A stretch of DNA of 64,000 bases from an uncultured Thermoleophilia bacterium (GTDB lineage Bacteria; Actinomycetota; Thermoleophilia; UBA2241): assembly GCA_963705085.1 (NCBI GenBank), contig CAVPIV010000001.1, forward strand, positions 22,443-86,442, read 5' to 3'. Under the pieces are notes generated by a model that was not told the origin of the DNA, did not search any database, and saw only the letters and a list, made by a program, of their open reading frames with translations. The position numbers and the translations under genes are program-made. The first letter of the stretch is position 1. The number at the start of each line of letters is the position of its first letter. Below are positions 58,860-64,000 of this stretch, one piece after another.

Positions 58860-60260
58860 ATGGCCAGGCGGCCGGGTCGCGTCTTCACCTGCACGGCGTG
58901 CGACGCGCAGAGCCCGCGCTGGCTCGGGCGCTGCCCCGAGTGCGGCGGCTGGAACACCTTCGTCGAGGGAGAGCCGGAGCGGCCCGCCCGCCCCGGAGAG
59001 CGCGCGCCCGCCGCGACCCGTTCGCCGATCCTCCGGATGCAGGACGTCGACGCGACGGATTCGCCGCGCCTCCTGACGGGGCTCGCCGACGTCGACCGGG
59101 TCCTCGGGGGAGGGCTCGTTCCCGGCTCCGTCGTCCTCCTCGGCGGGGAGCCCGGCATCGGCAAGTCGACGCTGCTCCTGCAGGTCGCGGCGCGGCTCGT
59201 CGCGCACGCGGGCCAGGTCCTCTACGTCTCGGCGGAGGAGTCGGCGCGGCAGGTGCGGCTCCGGGCCGACCGGCTCGGGGCCGTCGTCGACGGCCTTCAC
59301 CTCCTCGCCGAGACCTCGGTCGACCGGATCCTCGAAGCCGCCGCCGAGAGGCCCTGGACGGCGCTCGTCGTCGACTCGATCCAGACGGTCGCCTCGCCCG
59401 ACCTCCCCTCGACGCCCGGCTCGGTCTCGCAGGTGCGGGACGCGGCGGCACGCCTCTCCGTCCACGCCAAGACGGGCGGGACGCCGGTGATCCTCGTCGG
59501 GCACGTCACGAAGGACGGGACGCTCGCCGGGCCGAAGACGCTCGAGCACCTCGTCGATGCCGTCCTCTCGTTCGAAGGGGAGCGGTTCCAGGCGCACCGC
59601 GTGCTGAGGGCGTTGAAGAACCGCTTCGGGCCGGTCCACGAGCTCGGCGTCTTCGAGATGACCGGCACCGGCCTCGTCGAGGTGACGAACCCCTCGGCCC
59701 TCTACCTCGGCGGACGGACCGGCGGCCGGCCCGGCTCGGCGATCCTCGCGGCCGTCGAGGGGACGCGTCCGCTCCTCCTCGAGGTGCAGGCGCTGACGGT
59801 CCCGGTGAAGTACGGAACGCCGCGGCGTACCGCCATCGGCTTCGACGGGACGCGCCTCGCGCTCCTCCTCGCGGTCCTCGAGCGGCACGGCGGGCTCGCG
59901 CTCTCGGGCCACGACGTCTTCCTGAACATCGCGGGCGGCGCCGAGAGCGAGGAGCCGGCGGCCGATCTCGCCGTCCTCGCCGCCGTGGCGGGGAGCGTCC
60001 GGGAGACGGCGCTGCCGAAGGGGGCCGTCGCCTTCGGCGAGGTCGGGCTTCTCGGAGAGGTGCGCGCCGTGACGGACGCGACGCTCCGGCTCAAGGAGGC
60101 GGTCAGCCTCGGCTTCACGGAGGCGTTCCTTCCCGCCGGGAACGCCGCGGAGGCGGCGGAGTTCCCGGATCTCGCGGTGACCCCCGTCGCGAGCGTCGAG
60201 GAGCTCCTCGCGCGGACCGCGGCGCCCGTCAGACCGGCAGGACCGGGTCGGCGCCCGTGA
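58860..60260 (+). CDS. radA: DNA repair protein RadA/Sms
   Basis: C4 zinc ribbon (CTAC...CPEC), Walker [15 protein letters not shown], Lon-like C-domain. Intact. Confidence 0.9.
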   Translation: MARRPGRVFTCTACDAQSPRWLGRCPECGGWNTFVEGEPERPARPGERAPAATRSPILRMQDVDATDSPRLLTGLADVDRVLGGGLVPGSVVLLGGEPGIGKSTLLLQVAARLVAHAGQVLYVSAEESARQVRLRADRLGAVVDGLHLLAETSVDRILEAAAERPWTALVVDSIQTVASPDLPSTPGSVSQVRDAAARLSVHAKTGGTPVILVGHVTKDGTLAGPKTLEHLVDAVLSFEGERFQAHRVLRALKNRFGPVHELGVFEMTGTGLVEVTNPSALYLGGRTGGRPGSAILAAVEGTRPLLLEVQALTVPVKYGTPRRTAIGFDGTRLALLLAVLERHGGLALSGHDVFLNIAGGAESEEPAADLAVLAAVAGSVRETALPKGAVAFGEVGLLGEVRAVTDATLRLKEAVSLGFTEAFLPAGNAAEAAEFPDLAVTPVASVEELLARTAAPVRPAGPGRRP

Positions 60261-61136
60261 GAACGCGGAACGCCTCGACGTAGCGGGCGAGCGTCCCGGC
60301 GACGACGTCGGCGGGGAGGACCGGCGCCGGAGGGCGTCTTGTCCCAGCCGGTCGTCTCGAGCCAGTCCCTCACGAACTGCTTGTCGAAGGAGGGCGGAGA
60401 GCCCCCCTCGTGCCACGACGGCGCGGGCCAGAAGCGGGAGGAATCGGGGGTGAGCGCTTCGTCGATCCAGACGACGGAGCCGTCGCCGTCGAGGCCGAAC
60501 TCGAACTTCGTGTCGGCGACGATCACGCCCCGCGAGGCGGCGTACGCGGCCGCCTCGGAGTAGATCGCGAGCGTGAGGTCGCGCAGGCGCGCCGCGAGGT
60601 CGTGCCCGATCGCGCTGGCCATCGTCTCGAACGAGACGTTCTCGTCGTGCCCCGACTCCGCCTTCGTGGCGGGCGTGAAGATCGGCTCGGGAAGACGTCG
60701 ACGCTTCCAGGAGGCCGGCGGGAAGCGGAACGCCGCAGACGGCGCCGGTCTTCCGGTAGTCCTTCCAGCCGGAGCCCGCGAGGTAGCCGCGGGCGACGCA
60801 CTCGAACGGGACGACCCGGCACTTCTTCACCAGGACGGAGCGTCCTGCGAGGACTCCCGCGTGCGACGCGAGCTCGCCGGGGAAGGCGGCCGCGTCGGTC
60901 TCGACGAGGTGGTTCGGCACGAGCGTGCCGAACTTCCGGAACCAGAAGGTCGAGAGCTGGGTCAGGACCGCGCCCTTGCCGGGGATGCCCGGAGACAGGA
61001 CGACGTCGAAGGCGGAGATCCGGTCGGTGGCGACGACGAGGAGCCGGTCGCCGAGGTCGTAGACGTCGCGGACCTTCCCCCGGCGGGGAGGCGGAAGGCC
61101 AGGCAGGGAGGTGGCTTCGAGGGCGGCAGGCGGCAT
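60239..61136 (-). CDS. purC: Phosphoribosylaminoimidazole-succinocarboxamide synthase; two frame disruptions (about 60700 and 60330)
   Basis: [25 protein letters not shown]...[27 protein letters not shown], then [27 protein letters not shown]...[11 protein letters not shown], then ...[18 protein letters not shown] in three frames; 3' end overlaps radA convergently. Confidence 0.7.
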
Positions 61137-61197
61137 GGCCGGATTCTATTCGGGCTCGGCTAGACTCCCCGGACCGCACGTTACCGAGGAGTCACGC

Positions 61198-62714
61198 TTG
61201 AAGCTCGAGATCGTTTCCCCCGCCGAGAAGAAGAAGGGCGCCCGCCGCGACGCCGTCGTCGCCTTCGTCGCCCGGCCCGAGAAGAAGGAGCCCGCCCGCT
61301 TCGAGACCGTTCCCGACGAGCTCCGTGAGGCGGCCCGTGCGGGTGCGCCTCCCGAAGCCGGCAACGACGGATCGGTCTGGACGGTCCCGCTCGGCGCGGA
61401 CGGCCCTGCGAGCCGCCTCTATGTCTTCGGCACCGGCACGGGCGAGGAGATGGCCCCGCGCAAGGCGCGAGGCCTGCTGCGCGCGGCGGTCCGCACCCTC
61501 GAGAAGAACGGCGAGACGTTCCGCTCTCGTCGACTTTCCCTTCACGCTCCTGAGGATGAGCCCGGCCGAGGCGCGGGACTTCGTCGCCCGCAACCTCCTC
61601 GTGGCCGGCTACGCCTTCCCTCGATTCAAGAGCGCCGGGAACGGCCCGGCGAAGCTCGTGGAGATGGCTCTCCCGGCGGGCCGTGGTGTCTTTGCCGGCG
61701 CCTCGCCGAAGGAGCTCCGGGAGGGGTGCATCGAGGCCTCGAAGGTCGCCGGGATGGCGGCGTTCGTGCGAGACCTCGGGAACACCCCGTCGAGCGACAT
61801 GGTCCCGCGGATGTTCGCCGACGCCGTGAAGGCGGCTGCGAAGAGCGCGCGGCGTGAAGGCGACGGTACTCGGGAAGAAGCAGATCGAGGCCGAGCGGAT
61901 GGGAGGCCTTCTCGCCGTCAGCCGCGGCGCGGCCGAGGAGCCCCGCTTCGTCATCCTCGAGCACCGGGGCGGAAAGAAGGGCGACAAGCCCGTCGTCCTC
62001 GTCGGCAAGGGCGTCACGTTCGACTCGGGCGGCATCTCGATCAAGCCGTCCGACAAGATGGGCGACATGAAGTGGGACATGATGGGCGCGGCCACCGCGT
62101 GCGGGGCCGTCCTCGCCGCGGCGGAGCTCGGCCTGCCGGTGAACGTGGTCGCGCTCGCCCCCCTCGCCGAGAACATGCCGTCGGGCTCCGCCTACAAGCC
62201 GGGCGACATCGTGACGTTCCGCAACGGCAAGACGGCCGAGATCGACAACACCGACGCCGAGGGGCGCGTCGTCCTCGCCGACGCCCTCGACTACGCGAAG
62301 GAGTTCTCGCCCTCCGTCATCGTCGACTACGCCACGCTCACGGGCGCGGCCGTCGTCGCCCTCGGCCTCGAGGCGTCGGTCCTCTTCACCGACCACGAGG
62401 ACCTCGCCGCCGCGCTGATCTCCGCGGGAGAGCGGACCGACGAGCGGCTCTGGCGCCTCCCGCTCTGGGACGACTACAAGGAGAACATCCGGTCCGACTG
62501 GGCCGACTTCAAGAACACCGGCGGCCGGTACGGCGGCTCCATCAACGGTGCGATCTTCCTGAAGGAGTTCGTCGACCCGAAGACCCCGTGGGCCCACGTG
62601 GACATCGCCCCGACGGCCTACTTCGAGCGCGAGCACGCCGGCTACGCGACGGGCGCGACGGCGATCGGCCTCGCGATGACGCTCCGCTGGCTGAAGGACC
62701 GCGCCTCCCGGTAA
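61198..62714 (+). CDS. pepA: Leucyl aminopeptidase (M17); two frame disruptions (about 61530 and 61850); TTG start after GAGGAG
   Basis: N-domain in frame 1, middle in frame 2, catalytic domain (VVLVGKGVTFDSGGISIK...NTDAEGRVVLADAL...TLTGAAVVALG) in frame 3. Confidence 0.7.
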
Positions 62715-62718
62715 GGCC

Positions 62719-64000
62719 GTGCTCTGCACCCTCCGCGTCCGGGACCTCGCCGTCCTCGAGGACGTCGACGTCGCGCTCGACACCGGCCTGACGGTCCTGA
62801 CGGGCGAGACCGGCGCGGGGAAGTCGCTCGTCGTCGACGCGCTCTCGCTCCTCTCGGGAGAGCGGTCCGACGCGACGCTCGTCCGCGGCGGGGCCGAGCG
62901 CCTCGTCGTGGAGGGGTCGTTCGAGACGGACGACCCGGCCGTCTCGGATGTCCTCGTCGCCGCGGGCCTGCGCGAGCCGGGCGCCCGCGGCCCGTCCGAG
63001 GTCGTCGTGAGGCGCGAGGTCTCCGTCGAGCGGAAAGGGGCGCCTCTTCATCGACGGCTCGCCGGCCGCGCTCCGCACGCTCGCCGAGCTGGCGCCGCGC
63101 CTCCTCGTCCTCTACGGGCAGGCGGAGGCGCGCGAGCTCCTCGACCCGGCCGCTCCGCGCGAGCTCCTCGACCGGTTCGCCGCGCTCTCGGAGAGGTCGG
63201 CGGAGGTCGAGCGGCTCCACGCGGCGTGGAAGGAAAAGGACGCGGACCGCGAGCGGATCGCCGCGCTCGGCAAGGACGGCCCCGCGCGGCTCGAGGTCCT
63301 GGAGTTCCGGATCGGCGAGATCGACCGCGCTGCGCCGGTCGCGGGCGAGGAGGAGTCCCTCGGAAGGGAGAAGACGGCGCTCTCGAGCGTCGAGAAGCGC
63401 GGCCGGCTCCTGGCGGACGCCGTCGCGGCCCTCGAATCGGACGAGGGCGGCGCCCTGCCGGCCCTGACCGCTCTCCGGCGGACCGTTCTCGCCCTCGCCG
63501 AAGTCGACCCGGACGCCGCGGGACGCCTCGCGATCGTCGACGAGCTGATCGAACGCGTCGCCGACGTCGCAGCGTCGACCTCGCGCGACCTCGAGCGGCT
63601 CGAGGCCGACCCGTCGCGGCTCGCGACCGTCGTCGAACGGCTCGACGTCCTCGCGAAGCTGAAGAGGAAGTACGGCGCGACGCCTCGAAGAGGTCCTCGC
63701 CTACAGCGAGGTCGTCGGCCGGGAGCGGGACGAGCTGGCCGACCTGGAGGGGGCGCTCCGCAAGGCGGAGAAAGCCGCTGGCGAGGCGTTCGCCGCCTAC
63801 AGGACGGCGGCGCTCGAGCTCTCCGCCGCGCGGACGGCCGCCGCGCCAAGGCTCGGGAAGGCGGTGGAGAGGCATCTCGCCGACCTCGCGTTCCTGTCCT
63901 CGGCGTTCCGCGTGGAGGTCTCGCGCAAGGGCGTTCCCGACAGCCCGTTCCTCGCGGGAGAGGAGCACGTTGCTTTCGGCCCCCATGGGGTCGACGCCGT
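62719..64000 (+). CDS. recN: DNA repair protein RecN (3' end beyond the window); at least two frame disruptions (about 63040 and 63690)
   Basis: GTG start; LTVLTGETGAGKSLVVDALSLLSGERSDATLVRGG... then ERKGRLFIDGSPAA... and ...KYGATLEEVLAYSEVVG... in shifted frames. Confidence 0.65.
   Translation, partial: MLCTLRVRDLAVLEDVDVALDTGLTVLTGETGAGKSLVVDALSLLSGERSDATLVRGGAERLVVEGSFETDDPAVSDVLVAAGLREPGARGPSEVVVRREVSVERKGAPLHRRLAGRAPHARRAGAAPPRPLRAGGGARAPRPGRSARAPRPVRRALGEVGGGRAAPRGVEGKGRGPRADRRARQGRPRAARGPGVPDRRDRPRCAGRGRGGVPRKGEDGALERREARPAPGGRRRGPRIGRGRRPAGPDRSPADRSRPRRSRPGRRGTPRDRRRADRTRRRRRSVDLARPRAARGRPVAARDRRRTARRPREAEEEVRRDASKRSSPTARSSAGSGTSWPTWRGRSARRRKPLARRSPPTGRRRSSSPPRGRPPRQGSGRRWRGISPTSRSCPRRSAWRSRARAFPTARSSRERSTLLSAPMGSTP

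Overview
High-GC (about 70%) bacterial chromosomal window, 64 kb. I found no rRNA, tRNA, CRISPR array, transposase or integrase; the six-frame track is full of Arg/Ala/Pro-rich shadow ORFs opposite real genes, which I discarded. The first 52.8 kb reads like an actinobacteria-type accessory and metabolic region. It opens with a glycan-biosynthesis locus (1-10.0 kb): a GT4 glycosyltransferase, a CgeB-like protein, a class-I aminotransferase, then a translationally coupled four-gene operon of rfbF (glucose-1-phosphate cytidylyltransferase), a UXS-like SDR, an NDP-sugar dehydrogenase and an rfbH/E1-type PMP-dependent 3-dehydrase that keeps its Fe-S cysteines. That combination points to a CDP-3,6-dideoxyhexose-type pathway. 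After that come ABC exporters, an F420/NADP oxidoreductase, an AKR, a secreted FG-GAP/VCBS protein, a tdh-kbl threonine-to-glycine operon, a GH18 protein, an MIO ammonia-lyase with amidase, flavodoxin and ureohydrolase, glpD, and a membrane-stress cluster (chagasin-like lipoprotein, holin-4, HdeD, PspC, DUF2277). There are two paralogous Ycf48/BNR-like secreted proteins with a duplicated ~100-bp 3'-end element, a patatin phospholipase next to a MacB-type exporter, YjbQ, a signal-peptide SagB-type dehydrogenase, endonuclease V and an M20 peptidase. The clearest single finding is a formate dehydrogenase alpha subunit (47874-50642, minus strand) that the ORF track splits at an in-frame TGA. That TGA sits exactly where E. 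coli FdhF has selenocysteine and is followed 11 nt later by a SECIS-like hairpin with a GGUCU loop, so it is one selenoprotein gene. From about 52.87 kb the character changes. A pyruvate kinase gene begins abruptly mid-protein, leucine codons shift to CTC, and nearly every gene (PK, PHP, mlaE, mlaF, mlaD, purC, pepA, recN) carries one or more single-base frame disruptions, while dnaB and radA are intact. I read this as a low-coverage or indel-rich, possibly chimeric, assembly segment rather than mass pseudogenisation. Two isolated frame disruptions (the aminotransferase and the NDP-sugar dehydrogenase) also occur in the first part.
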